This document shows positions 44,505-61,902 of a stretch of 64,000 nucleotides of DNA, one piece after another. Both the position numbers and the translations under genes were made by a program. The DNA lies in assembly GCF_009914755.1 (NCBI RefSeq), contig NC_060943.1. One strand, written 5' to 3'. Source of the DNA: the human T2T-CHM13v2.0 reference genome, Homo sapiens. A model generated the notes under the pieces. It was given only the letters and a program-made list of their open reading frames with translations, was not told the DNA's origin and did no database searches. Each line of letters begins with the position of its first letter. Position 1 is the first letter of the stretch.

Positions 44505-44892
44505 TTCAGTCAGTTCAGGCTACTAGAAAAAATACACCATAGACTGACTGACTGCCTTAACAAACATTCATTTCTCACGTTCCAGAGGCTGAGGAGTCTC
44601 TAGAACTGGACTCTAAAACACAATCAAGGTGTTGGCAGGTCTAGTGTCCAGTGAGAGTCCATTTCCTGGTTTATGCATGGTCATCTCATTCTGTCTTCAC
44701 ATGGCAAAGAGCAGAGAAAGAGAAAACAAACTCTCTTCTGTGTTGTCTCATAAGACACATAATCTCATCATGAGGGTTCCACTTTCAAGATGTAATTACC
44801 TTCCAAAGGTCACACTTCCTAATGCCATCCCTTAGGGATTAGGACTTCAACATGTAAATTTGGAGAGGACATAAATATGCAATCCCTCACAA
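44505..44892 (-). mobile_element. MaLR LTR (MLT1A-like) in the ZNF649 3' region
   Basis: cagttcaggctact..., aatcaaggtgttggcagg, ttaggacttcaacatgtaaatttgg. Confidence 0.7.
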
Positions 44893-44894
44893 TG

Positions 44895-45430
44895 ATGTAT
44901 GCTATAAAATCTCAAGGAATCAAATGACAAGGATTTACAGTTAATAAGCCAACAAAGGAGACAATATGTAATATAAACACACTCAGCTACTCTAAGGGAA
45001 AGCAGAAAAAGAAGAAAAGGAGAACAAAGAAGACATAGAATAAACAACAAATAGTAAGTTAGTAATTTAAACCTAAAAACATCAATACATTGAACGTAAA
45101 TGATCTAAATACCCCAGTAAAAAGACAGAGATTGTTAACTGGATAAAAAAGGAAGGCCCAACTGTATGTTGCCCACTAAACACCCACTTTAAATATGAAA
45201 GCATAAATAGGTTAAAAGTAAAACCATGATAAATAAAGATATGAAAGATATAACAGGGAAAAACCCATGTCAAATTATTAGAGGTTAAAAATTACAATTT
45301 CTGAGAGAAAACATACTTTGGATGGGATTAATGACAGATTAAACACTGTGGAAAAAAGATTAGTGAACTGAAAGACATAGCTATGAGAACTATAAAAAAT
45401 GAAATAATGAAGGGTAAAATAATAAAAAGC
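44895..45430 (+). mobile_element. Ancient L1M fragments (antisense in the ZNF649 3'UTR)
   Basis: aacgtaaatgatctaaataccccagtaaaaagacagagattg..ctggataaaaa (L1 ORF2 start-like) and ORF1-like text. Confidence 0.65.
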
Positions 45431-45732
45431 ATGAACATCATTTTCATGTACATATGTGTATACACAAAAAGATTTGTGAACTTGAACAAGGCAAGAGATA
45501 CAATCTAAACTACAAAGAGAACAAAAGCTAACCCCTACCTTGGCCCCCGGAGTAAGAGATATCATTCTGAGGAACACCAAGTGGAAGCCTCTAAAACTGC
45601 CCCCCTCCCCAGCCAAACTCTATGATCAAGATAGTAAATGAAAAACAATATTGTGGGAGGGGTAGTGAGGTTTATAAGATATAAAAAAGTAAAATATATT
45701 TCATATCTTGTAAACCCTACTATACATATTAG

Positions 45733-45856
45733 TGCAGGGAGCCAAAGGCCCATGGGACATGACAAACTCAGCATTCCGCTGGAGGCTATATGATCAAACA
45801 GCAAACTGTTTATCATGAATGCAGGATGTGGGCAAACTCACACTGCCCTGCCACCA
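45733..45856 (+). mobile_element. 5' fragment of an ERVK LTR (LTR3/HML-6-like) overlapping the ZNF649 stop codon
   Basis: TGcagggagccaaaggcccatgggacatgacaaactcagcattccgctggaggctatatgatcaaacagcaaactg... matches the LTR3 5' end as I recall it. Confidence 0.7.
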
Positions 45857-47092
45857 TTGCCACAGTTACCATATTAACAGGGCTTTTCCCCTGCACATGT
45901 TCACTAGGACTTAAGCTGTGACTTGCTGTGGAAGGATTTTCCACCTTCACTGAATCCCCCCGTTTCTCCCTTGAGTGTATTCTCTTATGTTTAACAAGGC
46001 AAGACATATAGAAGTAAGCTTTCTCACACTCATCACAGCCATAGGGTCTCTCTCCCGTGTGAGTTCTGTGATGTACAATGAGCATTGTCTTTGTAAGGAA
46101 GGCTTTCCCACAGTCACTGCATTTATAGGGTTTCTCTCCTGAGTGAATTTTCTGATGTCTAATGAGTCCTGACTTCTGTGAACAGGGTTGCCCACATTCA
46201 GGACATACAAAGGGAGTCTTTCCTGTATGATATCTCTGATGTGCTACAAGGCAAGACTTCTGGCTGAAGGCCTTGCCACAGTCAATGCATCCATAAGGTT
46301 TCTCTCCAGTGTGAGTTCGTTGATGTATGTTGAGATTGCCCTTCTGAATGAAGCCTTTTCCACATTCACTGCATGTATGAGGCTTCTCTCCTGTATGAGT
46401 TCGCTGATGTACAACGAGTAGTGATTTTCTGGAGAAAGCTCTCCCACATTCGCTGCATTGATGGGGCTTAATTCCCGTGTGAATCCTTTGATGTTCAGTA
46501 AGCTCAGATTTCCTGGGGAAGGCTTTCCCACATTCACTGCACCCGTATGGTTTCTCTCCTTTGTGAGCTCTCTCGTGTTCAGTGAGCCTGTACCTCTTGT
46601 AGAAGGCTTTCCCACACAAGCTACACCCGTGGGGTTTCTCTCCTCTGTGAGCTCTCTCGTGTTCAGTGAGCCTGTACTTCTTGTAGAAGGCTTTCCCACA
46701 CAAGCTACACACGTGGGGTTTCTTTCCTGTATGAATTCTCTTATGCTCAGTGAGCTGAGACTTCTTGAGGAAAGCTTTCCCACAGTCAGTGCATTCATGG
46801 GCTTTCTCTATGTTGTGTGTTTGCTGATGTTTAAGGAATTGTGACTTGGTGCTGATGGGTTTTCTACTTTCAGGGAATTCAATTTCCGTAGGCATTTGTT
46901 CATGATTATCATGGAGAAAAGCTCCATCTCCATTAAACTCAGCAGGCTCCTTTCTGTTGTATCTTCTGCTCTGGTTGGTTAAACCTAAATATGATTTCAA
47001 AGTTCTTCCGTGTTCATAGCGTTGTCCCGTCCTCTTCAGTATTTTTTGGTTTTGCAAGGGCTGCTGCAGATGATCATCAGCTTTCTCAATTT
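45813..47092 (-). CDS. ZNF649: ZNF649 final coding exon: linker plus 10 C2H2 fingers
   Basis: Acceptor tctctcttag/AAATTGAG, phase 1, EIEKADDH...AHILHS*. Joined CDS 15+127+96+1280=1518 nt (505 aa). Confidence 0.95.
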
Positions 47093-47288
47093 CTAAGAGA
47101 GAGAACAATAAATCCTTCCATGATCATCACACGGAATAAAACTGCTTCAAAGATGCCTTGGGGTTGGCTGGCTTTTTACTGGAACCCCTATAATACCAAC
47201 ATGGAAGGAATTCCAAGTATAAGTGTTCCCTATCTGTTAAAAAAACTTTTAAGAATTGTAGTTAAATACATATAAGATAAAATTTGCC

Positions 47289-47722
<434 letters not shown>

Positions 47723-47958
47723 TTAATTTAAAAAAGAATAATCCTGAGTAGGGAAACAGCAGACATAGGTAGTAGAATAAATATCCCAGAAAGGCAAGTT
47801 AGAATGTTGGATACACAGCCTTTGACTTCATCCTAATCCTATTAGACTGTTGGGTGCTAAAATATGCCCTTCTCCATTCTGTAGACCATCATCACGCTAA
47901 CTTTCCTAGAGCACCAATCTCATATTTCCAGGAAAACTGCAGTCAATACTCTAACCTT

Positions 47959-48710
47959 TGTTAAAACAGAGATCACAAGACTGATGGAACAGACTCTTTG
48001 TAGCAATAAGATACCAAACTATAAACTAGGTCTAAGGACATACAGGTAAGGGTTAAGTCACACACCCCCTACATTTAAAGAATAAACTATGTTCTAACTG
48101 CCACGAGTGTTTTTTGTTTTGTTTTGTTTTGTTTCTTTTTCTGTAGCAGCTAAACAAACACTGGCCTTGGGACAAGCAATATTGAAACAATTGCAGCTCC
48201 CGGACCACCAGATGCTGACTAACTGATGCCCCTCACCCCCAACAGCATTCCACAGGCCATAACTGCAGCTATGATTGGACAGGAGACTGATCTCAATATC
48301 CTTCTCCTGATAAACACCAGCTGTTTTGGTCAGCTGCCGGAGTCTGTGCAGACTTTTCTTATATCCTGTAAAAGACCTGCTAGCATACAGTCAAATTCCA
48401 CCTCATTTTAATGTTAAAACTCCACTCCAAAATGAAAGTGGATTATATGTTACATATATGTTTGCTCACTATGCACATGTTTGCTGATTCTCATAAAGAT
48501 ATTCATAAGACTCCCCATCTCTCACTGAATAGGTATGCAAAGCAAATCCTAGAAGGCAAAAAGCCTCCTGCAAGGCAAAAAAAAAAAAGTTTCCCCTCTT
48601 CAGTGATGTGTGTTTTTTCCACTTCCTCAAAGTCACACCACTCAGATCTGCGAATCATCTTTTGTTAGAATATAAAGTTTCTCTTTGCCTCCTCAATTTT
48701 TTGGTTAACA
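47959..48710 (+). mobile_element. ERV1/MER4-group LTR (MER39/MER34-like)
   Basis: tgttaaaacagagatcacaagactgatggaacagactctttgtagcaataagatacc...ttggttaaca; subfamily uncertain. Confidence 0.55.
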
Positions 48711-49291
48711 CCTTGTATCTACCTGGCTATGATATATTCTCATATGTTCCAACAGAAAGAGAAACAGGGTGATCCCTATGGACTTTCAGAACATGCAAGC
48801 AGAACACGTGGTCCTCTCCACACAGCTCTGCCACTGCACCAAATATGGAAACTGTCACCTTCTTCATCATGCCCTACTTGCACAGATGTCATATTGGATT
48901 TTTTTTCCACTTTGCTGTCCCTAATATACTAATTCCTCACCTTGCCACTAACAGCCTCTACTCTCTGAATTTTGTACTTATGTCTCTGTTGGCATCGGTG
49001 AATGGAGCCCTCAAGGACCACCTCCCTACTTCTGAATCAAGACTTGAGGCAGCTTTACTTTTAGTTTTTCTTAGAACATCAGCTATACAGTATGATTGCT
49101 ATAATACTGCCACCAGGTGAAAGGTAAGCTCTACCTAGAGCTAGAAAAATACAAAACTTTACCTCCACCACTACCCTGAATTACTGGCACAGAAAATTCA
49201 CAGCAGGAGCTGAACAATAAAAGTTTTACCATTACCATGACGCATCCACTTTAAGTTCCCACTTCACCATTTCCCAGCAAATATCTTCTAA

Positions 49292-49629
<338 letters not shown>

Positions 49630-50517
49630 TCAGGCTAATCTTCTGACAGTCCCCACATGGCCTTGCATTTCCAGTTCTACAACTTCTTGTCATATGTCTT
49701 CATCTTAATTCAATACCTAGCTATGTCTCTTGCATAAGATATTTTATCAGTCTGTCTTTCTCCATCTTGTCTAGACCACTGTAGGTTACATTTCTTCTAA
49801 AGTCCTACAATTCTTTCTGTATTTACTATTCACTTTAACTTTGTATAGCCCTGAATTGTAACAAAAACATTTCACACGTTCAAAAGTTTAATTTGTAAAT
49901 ATTACATAAAAATTTGCCCTATTTTTGCTAACAAAATCTTTGCTCAAGAAAGACATTTCTGTTTCTCACTAAATTCAGTCTCTTCTACTGTGTATTATGG
50001 CTACAGTTCATCAACTCATAAAAACAGCCCCCGAGAGAGCTTCATGTAAAGACACGCCCAGGCCCCCAACTCAATTCTAACAAAACCAGACTCACAGAGC
50101 AAGAGGCCTTGGTATGGACAGTGTCATGAAAACTCCTTTAATAAAGATCTAGCCTTTAAGAAATGCTTAATAGATGGAAAAGTATGACCTCTCTTCAGCC
50201 TGGCTAATCTGTCCTTCGATGAAGAAATGCATGAATGACCAAGATGTATTTCAATCTTACATGAAGAAGAATGAAAACCAGGCCCTTGACTCCAGAGTAG
50301 CAAAGGAACCTCAAGCACCACCAAATCACACTGATGTGGTATCTATGGGAGTGGCTTGTGTGTGATTGGGATGCAAAGTAGAATGGGAATTTAGACATGG
50401 AAGATATTATTATATTGTAGTGTATTAAAAACCATTTCATGAAAAGAAAATTCAAGGTGAAAAATACATAGTGTCAGAATGTGAAAAACAAACCATAATC
50501 ACATACCGATGCCTCAG

Positions 50518-50836
<319 letters not shown>

Positions 50837-51666
50837 TCCTATGCCTCAGTTCTTATCTCACTTGATGAATCAGTAACTCTAGACAATGCTTATGGCACTC
50901 TTTCTCCCTCTCTCTCTTATATAAATGTATATATACATATAAATATATAAAGTATATATATAAATGTATATACACACATACACACACACATACACATATA
51001 TACACACACGCATATACATATAAATGCTGTTCTAGCAAATTAATCAAACTTGAGGAGAGGGTCTTGGGAACCCCTACTTTACAGCTGGTTGGTCAGAAGC
51101 TGAGGTGACAACCTGGGACTTGCCACTGGCATCTGAAGTGGGACACAGTCTTGGACTGAGCCCTTAACCGGTGGGATCTGATGCCGTATCAGGTAGATAG
51201 GGTCAGAGCTGATTTGAAACAGACGATACCCAGCTGATGTCTGCTGGAGAATTGCCTGGGCTGTGAGAAAACAACCCCTATATATCCAGTGGCATAAATG
51301 CTGTGTTGAGTGACTATGTGACAGAGAAAAAAACAGTTTGTCGTTTTTGCCTCAGAAACACAAAATGATCCTCTGACAAGTGATGAAGAAGAATGGGAAG
51401 ATGTGAAAATCCAAGCAAGAAGAACTTAGGGGAAGCAACTCAACATCTAAGAAGAAATGAATAGGGATCAGTTCCAAGAAGAGATAAAGGGGTATGTATG
51501 CTTCTCTGAATTCCTATAAGAAAAAGAGCTCTTGTATCCTAGGGGAGAAGAAGATGTGGCAGCTGTTTCTGTCTCCCTAGACACTTTCACAACTGTCATG
51601 CCTTCTCTAAATGACCAGAATGTGACTTCCGCTGCCTTCCCCTCTTGCTGGTTCTCTCTCACTTAC

Positions 51667-51762
51667 CTGGGTGGGCTGGACTGTGGATTTCATCTTCTAG
51701 TGTCCATAGTGGTTCTCCTTGTTCCAACTTGGTGAGGGCATCAGGTTTGCCGGCTTGATACC
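51667..51762 (-). CDS. ZNF649: ZNF649 KRAB-B exon (96 nt)
   Basis: cccacaaacag/GGTATCAAG...CACCCAG/gtaagt; GYQAGKPDALTKLEQGEPLWTLEDEIHSPAHP. Confidence 0.95.
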
Positions 51763-51843
51763 CTGTTTGTGGGAAATGGGAGAAGACTTAGGCTCACTGA
51801 ATTGCACCACGTGGCTCTGATGATAGGAGAAAGGTACATGTTA

Positions 51844-52209
<366 letters not shown>

Positions 52210-52271
52210 TTATTGACATGGAAGAAATATGAAGTTGTTCGGCCCATTTTCACCACATAAGCTGCACCTGC

Positions 52272-52484
52272 ACAGTTGTCCCTTGGTATACTCAATGGAA
52301 TGGTTTCAGGATGCCCCACATATACCGAAATTGTGCATACTCATGACCTACAGTTGGCCTAGTGGAATCTGCTTATGTTACTCTGTATAAGCGAGTTTCA
52401 CATCCTGAGAATACTATATTTTTGATTCAAGTTTGGATATAAGTGGACCCTTGCAGTACAAATTCATGTTCACAAATAAACTGT
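52272..52484. mobile_element. MER2-like Tigger DNA transposon
   Basis: cagttgtcccttggtat...ggtttcaggatgcccc...ataccgaaat...aactgta. Confidence 0.55.
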
Positions 52485-53034
52485 ATTCCTAGTTTTTTAA
52501 ATATACTGTGAAAGAAGCAAAGTCATAGTAAAATATTCTATATTTTATAATAACCATGCAGCCATCCATTAATCCAACAAATCATAAGTTTCTGTAATAT
52601 GCAGCCATTAAATCCTCTTGCTAACATGAGAATGTCTGCAGTGTTTTTCAGCACCTACTTGCAACCCTAAACTATATGCTACAGTCATATAGTACGTGCA
52701 GAATAATCTAGCATGACCCCCTTCATGTAAACTATACCATGATATTTAGCAAAACAACAAATAAACTATGCAGTGGCCATAAAAAATAAGCCATCATACA
52801 TGTAAGCATTGACATGCATAGATACATGTATATGTATACAACGCATGTATACACACACATACACACGCATGCAGACATAGATGTCCTCACAGGTAAATCC
52901 CTAGAACAGGAAGACAAGCATTTGTTAGTGACATACTAGGGAATTAGGAAAAAAAGTATACAGAGGGGGAACTTTGTTTTCACACTATGTGTACTATTTA
53001 ACTTGAGTCTTTCACATTGAAAATCTATCCATGA

Positions 53035-53310
53035 GGCCGGGCATGATGTCTCACGCCTGTAAACCCAGCACTTTGGGAGGCAAAGGTGGGCGGATCACCC
53101 GAGGTCAGGAGTTTGAGACCAGCCTGGCTAACATGGCTAAACATGGTCTCTACTAAAAATACAAAAATTAGGTGGGCATGGTGGCACCTAGATGAAGCAT
53201 GAGAATCGCTTGAACCCAGGATGCAGAGGTTGCAGTGAGCGAAGATCACGCCACTGCACTCCAGCCTGGGCAACAAAGTAAGACTGTCTCAAAAAAAAAA
53301 AAAAAAAAAA
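53035..53310 (+). mobile_element. Alu
   Basis: Dimer with small internal deletion, A-tail. Confidence 0.93.
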
Positions 53311-53319
53311 CTATGAATC

Positions 53320-54410
<1,091 letters not shown>

Positions 54411-55287
54411 TAATGAGTCATTTGCATAATTTTTTAAGTTAAGGCATTAAAAGAGGTGAGAGGTTAATAACTGGATTTGAACACAGGGAAGGGCTCTGTA
54501 TTTTCTGAGACAACATGACATTCTAAAGCAAACCCTGTGGATCTCAACAACCCAAGCCATTGCCAAAGAGAACTTTCAACTCCCTTTGGTCAAATCTGTA
54601 CTTAAACACCAGTTTAGTGACCTGTTCATGGAGCTCCTTTGAAAGCAAACCTTGCATTTTTTAGGCAATTAGGTTTACTCACAGATAAACACAGACTGCA
54701 ACAAGGTTGGGTATATAGGCCGCAGTGCTGTGAGCTCTGGAAAAACTGTGTTCATTAAACCCTTCTTGGTATAGTCCCATAGAGGACTCAGAATAATCAT
54801 GTAGAAACAGTCACACAAAACTTGCTTGTGTATCTTTTGGAAAAATGCTGTTAAGGACAAAAAGTCTATCTTGTCACCTCTAGCAAAAAGCATCAAACTA
54901 ATTTCCCAAGATTTAAGTGCCATGAAATACTGACATCCCCTGAGGAACGGACCCGCTTTCTCCTCAGAATCAGTGCACATCATGTAACTTACCATGATTC
55001 TCTGGGTGTGATGGTGGCCAAAGATTTTGGACACAAGCTGACACTTAATGTAGCCAACAGGGTCTGGCAGAGTCGCACATTATATTCCAACACTGGTCAC
55101 ATGTGAACTATGTGAACAAAGTATTTGTGATCCCACTTTGTCCTGGATTAAAGGTACAGTCTAAGTCTGTTTCTCCCCAGAGCTCATTTTTTCCAATTTA
55201 TACTTTTAATGTAAATGAACTGATTTCTTCAGACTTCCACAAATCCATCAGGGAATCGAGTTAAGAATAAAACAAACCAAAAGTTAC

Positions 55288-55302
55288 CTGGGCCTTTGTC
55301 AT
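55288..55302 (-). CDS. ZNF649: ZNF649 start codon (MTKAQ) at the end of exon 2 (exon 55288-55489)
   Basis: aaaATGACAAAGGCCCAG/gtaact; acceptor ttttactccatag/GTCCTGG. Confidence 0.9.
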
Positions 55303-55664
55303 TTTCTTCTGTTTCAGGAAATACCCAAGAACTGGGATGCTTCGTCTTTGGTTTCTTCTGGATCCTCCCTAAATTTTGGCTAAGAAATCTGAGTCTCCAT
55401 TTAAGAGTGTTCCCAGAAATGATGACATCCACATCCAGGAACCTCCTCCTTCCTTCATTTGAACTCTCTTGCTTCTGGGGAGCCAGGACCTATGGAGTAA
55501 AAATCAAGTTCATTTGGTGACACATTCCCTCCGGGCCCAGATGCTGTCTCTGCTGCTGTAAACTCTCCTGCAGTCAAGGCCAAGCAATATATCTAAGCAT
55601 CCCTTTGTCAGGTGTCCCCAAGTCTTTACATCCCAGGGCAATAAAACAACACTCTGAATGTGGG

Positions 55665-55911
55665 GAGTCATATGGCAGTGGGCTTAACCAGGAGCCGGCA
55701 TATCTGGCCACTTTCCAATGCTTCAAAGGAGTGTCTTTCTCCTTAAGCACAGTGTTTATAAATAAGAGAGCAGGTCACGCTCTGGTCATGAGAACGTGAT
55801 GGTAATAAGGAGGCTTTCCTCCTCAGAGGCCTCCTGTGATTTTCCAAAACTTATTGTCCCATATTTTTATGGCCAGTTTATGCCAGCACCCCATAAGCCT
55901 TTTTCCCAACA
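55665..55911 (-). mobile_element. ERVK LTR 5' fragment (LTR14/HERV-K(C4)-like)
   Basis: Reverse strand begins TGTTGGGAAAAAGGCTTATGGGGTGCTGGCATAAACTGGCCATAAAAATATGGGACAATAAG. Confidence 0.6.
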
Positions 55912-56541
55912 ATCGTGAGACACACAGAGAAGAAACACACAGGTAAAAGAGAAGGCCATGTGAAGATGGAGGCAGAGACTGGAGTGATGCTGCCACAAGC
56001 CAAGGACACCTGAGAGTCTGTTAGAAAAGGGGAGACAGGTGAATGAATGTGGGCAGCTGTGCCGGAGCCCCTCAAGACCACTCCCAGATGCAGTGATTCA
56101 CTAGGTGAACTCACAACACTCAGTCTATAATTATATTCATGGCAACCACTTATTACTGTGAAAACATACACAGCAAAACCAGCAAAGGTAAAAGGTACAT
56201 GTGGCAAAGTCTGGAGGAAACCAGACATAAGTTTCAAGTTCAGTCTCTTTGGAGTCACACAGGATACACTTAATTCCCCGAGCCACAAGTCATGACAACA
56301 CACGTGAAATGCTATAGACCAAGGAAGTTTATTAGAGAGAGATTGTGTGCCATGGTTTTTATTGGGGGCTGATCGTGAAGGTGCTCACTGCCTAACATTC
56401 ACCAAAACTCCAGAATCCTAGAGGAAAGCATGTGTTCAGGATAAATCACATTGTTTGAAAAAAACAGCTTAGGCACAGTGAGCCACTCTTATTAGGAAAT
56501 AGTGGGACTGCCTCCAAAAATCTAAGCTCCCAAATGCCAGC

Positions 56542-57458
<917 letters not shown>

Positions 57459-57469
57459 CATCCTATAAT

Positions 57470-58730
<1,261 letters not shown>

Positions 58731-58732
58731 TA

Positions 58733-59610
<878 letters not shown>

Positions 59611-59619
59611 GTTTCACAA

Positions 59620-60420
59620 CTCAACCCCAGCCAGGGGCCTGGGCTTGTAAAATACCAGATTTTACAAGCCTCTGAGCCCCACATGCCTGGGCCTCCCCGA
59701 AACACTTAACACACATCCCCGATTCACCCCAAAACCTACACCACACACCCTCGTACGCTGCCCAGCACCCCGGCTTCATCACCGACTTTAAACTGCAGCA
59801 TTTGGAGTGATAATAATGGCGTCGGTGATAAAGCCGGCGTGCTGGGCAGCGTCCCCCTAGAGTTCTCCATCCAGTGATCCAGAGGCCTACTAACAGAGTG
59901 ACCCTCAGAGACCCCAAACTCTGACGCCGAGTCTCAGTCGCTGAACTCGACAGACCTTTAACGCCCGACCACAAGAACTCTCCCACGCCGGACCGCAAAG
60001 GCACCCCAACCCAAAGGCTCCACCGCCCAGGCCGCCAGCTCTCCCCACAGGCTCCTCAGAAGCTCCCTACCCCTTTAACCTACTCCACGGAGAGACCCAA
60101 ACACTCACCTGATTTTCTTCTGGCTACACCTAAATTCCCTGAATGCTTCCTTTCCTGGCCCTTAAACCCCGGCACTGGCCTATGGCGGCGGACGAGGGCG
60201 CGAGTCAATTCTGCCGCGCTAGGACGATGGGACATGGGCTTCTCTTCGAGGAGGTAACATGTCCGCGCCCTGAGCCACGGCTCTCTGGGCGCGGCCATCT
60301 TGGTAGATCTGCCGTACAGAAGGGAAACAGTTGTTCTTGTGTCATTAAACCGGGATGACTCTCCTGAAAGCAAAAATTTGAGGCGCAGGAGCATTTTCTA
60401 GAGTTTATCTGAACAAACAG
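59620..60420 (-). promoter_or_regulatory. ZNF649: ZNF649 CpG island, promoter and non-coding exon 1 (donor at 60109/60108)
   Basis: CpG-rich; YY1 motif AAGATGGCCGC (- strand, ~60291-60301); strong donor aatcag/gtgagtgt. Confidence 0.85.
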
Positions 60421-60886
60421 CAACTCATGAATTAGGAAGCATCAAACCAAAAGAAGTCTCGCGCTTCTATGCTTAAAGCATTAGACACAAGTATTCACAG
60501 GGTGAGTGAAGGAGTAAAACAAAGAAATTATTTGATTAGTTACAATTATAAAAATGCATTTTTTTAAATTTGCCTTGGAAAGTCCCTAATGACATAATAG
60601 CATGTGAGTTGCCTACTTTTGATCGGTTGAGATTGAGTTTTGTCCTTCCCTAACACAAGCATTTACCAGAAATGACTCAAGTGAATTGTTGCTTATGTTT
60701 GCAGGTTAAGCAAGGTTAAGGCTGTTTTTAAGGCCTACTGGGTTTTGTTTGCTCAGGAGTTTTTGAATTCTGGTCTGCATTTTAATTTTGCTTTGACACA
60801 GGAGACAGTGAAATGGCACTGATGTGTTCCCTCTCCTGACACCTCAACCCCTGCACTGTGAGGTTGGAGCACTAACAACAGTGCAC

Positions 60887-61856
60887 TGTGGGGAAAAGAA
60901 AGAGAGATCAGACTGTTACTGTGTCTATGTAGAAAGAAGTAGACATAAGAGACTCCATTTTGTTCCGTACTAAGAAAAATTCTTCTGCCTTGAGATGCTG
61001 TTAATCTGTAACCCTACCCCCAACCCTGTTCTCACAGAGACGTGTGCTGTGTTGACTCAAGGTTTAATGGATTTAGGGCTATGCAGGATGTGCTTTGTTA
61101 AACAAATGCTTGAAGGCAGTATGCTTGTTAAAAGTCATCACCACTCTCTAATCTCAAGTACCCAGGGACACAATACACTGCGGAAGGCCACAGGGACCTC
61201 TGCCCCAGAAAGCCAGGTATTATCCAAGGTTTCTCCCCATGTGATAGTCTGAAATATGGCCTCGTGGGAAGGGAAAGACCTGACCATCCCTCAGCCCGAC
61301 ACCCGTAAAGGGTCTGTGCTGAGGAGGATTAGTATAAGAGGAAGGAAGGCCTCTTGCAGTTGAGACAAGAGGAAGGCATCTGTCTCCTGCTCGTCCCTGG
61401 GCAATGGAATGTCTCGGTATAAAACCCGATTGTATGTTCCATCTACTGAGATAGGAGAAAATCGCCTTAGGGCTGGAGGTGAGACAAGCTGGCGGCAATA
61501 CTGCTCTTTAATGCACCGAGACGTTTATGTATGTGCATATCAAAGCACAGCACCTTCTTCTTAAGCTTGTTTATGACACAGAGACATTTGTTCACATGTT
61601 TTCCTGCTGACACTCTCCCCACTATTATCCTATTGTCCTGCCACATCCCCCTCTCCGAGATGGTAGAGATAATGATCAATAAATACTGAGGGACTCAGAG
61701 ACCGGTGCCGGCGCGGGTCCTCTGTATGCTGAGCACCGGTCCCCTGGACCCACTTTTCTTTCTCTATACTTTGTCTCTGTATCTCTTCTTTTCTCAGTCT
61801 CTCGTCCCACCTGACGAGAAACACCCACAGATGTGGAGAGGCAGGCCACCCCTTCA
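60887..61856 (+). mobile_element. HERV-K(HML-2) solo LTR (LTR5, A/B-type)
   Basis: TGTGGGGAAAAG...ccaccccttCA, 970 bp, TSD gtgcac/ctgcac. Confidence 0.93.
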
Positions 61857-61902
61857 CTGCACAAACCACACAGATATTCAGAGGCTCAAATGCAACCAAG
61901 GC

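Noticed and set aside
45960-46800. 84-bp periodic repeats resembling a CRISPR-like array
   Set aside because: They are zinc-finger codons (28 aa); eukaryotic context, no spacers or cas genes.
45947-46844. Alternative-frame and antisense ORFs over the finger arrays (also 28245-28877)
   Set aside because: Shadow ORFs expected from C2H2 codon periodicity.
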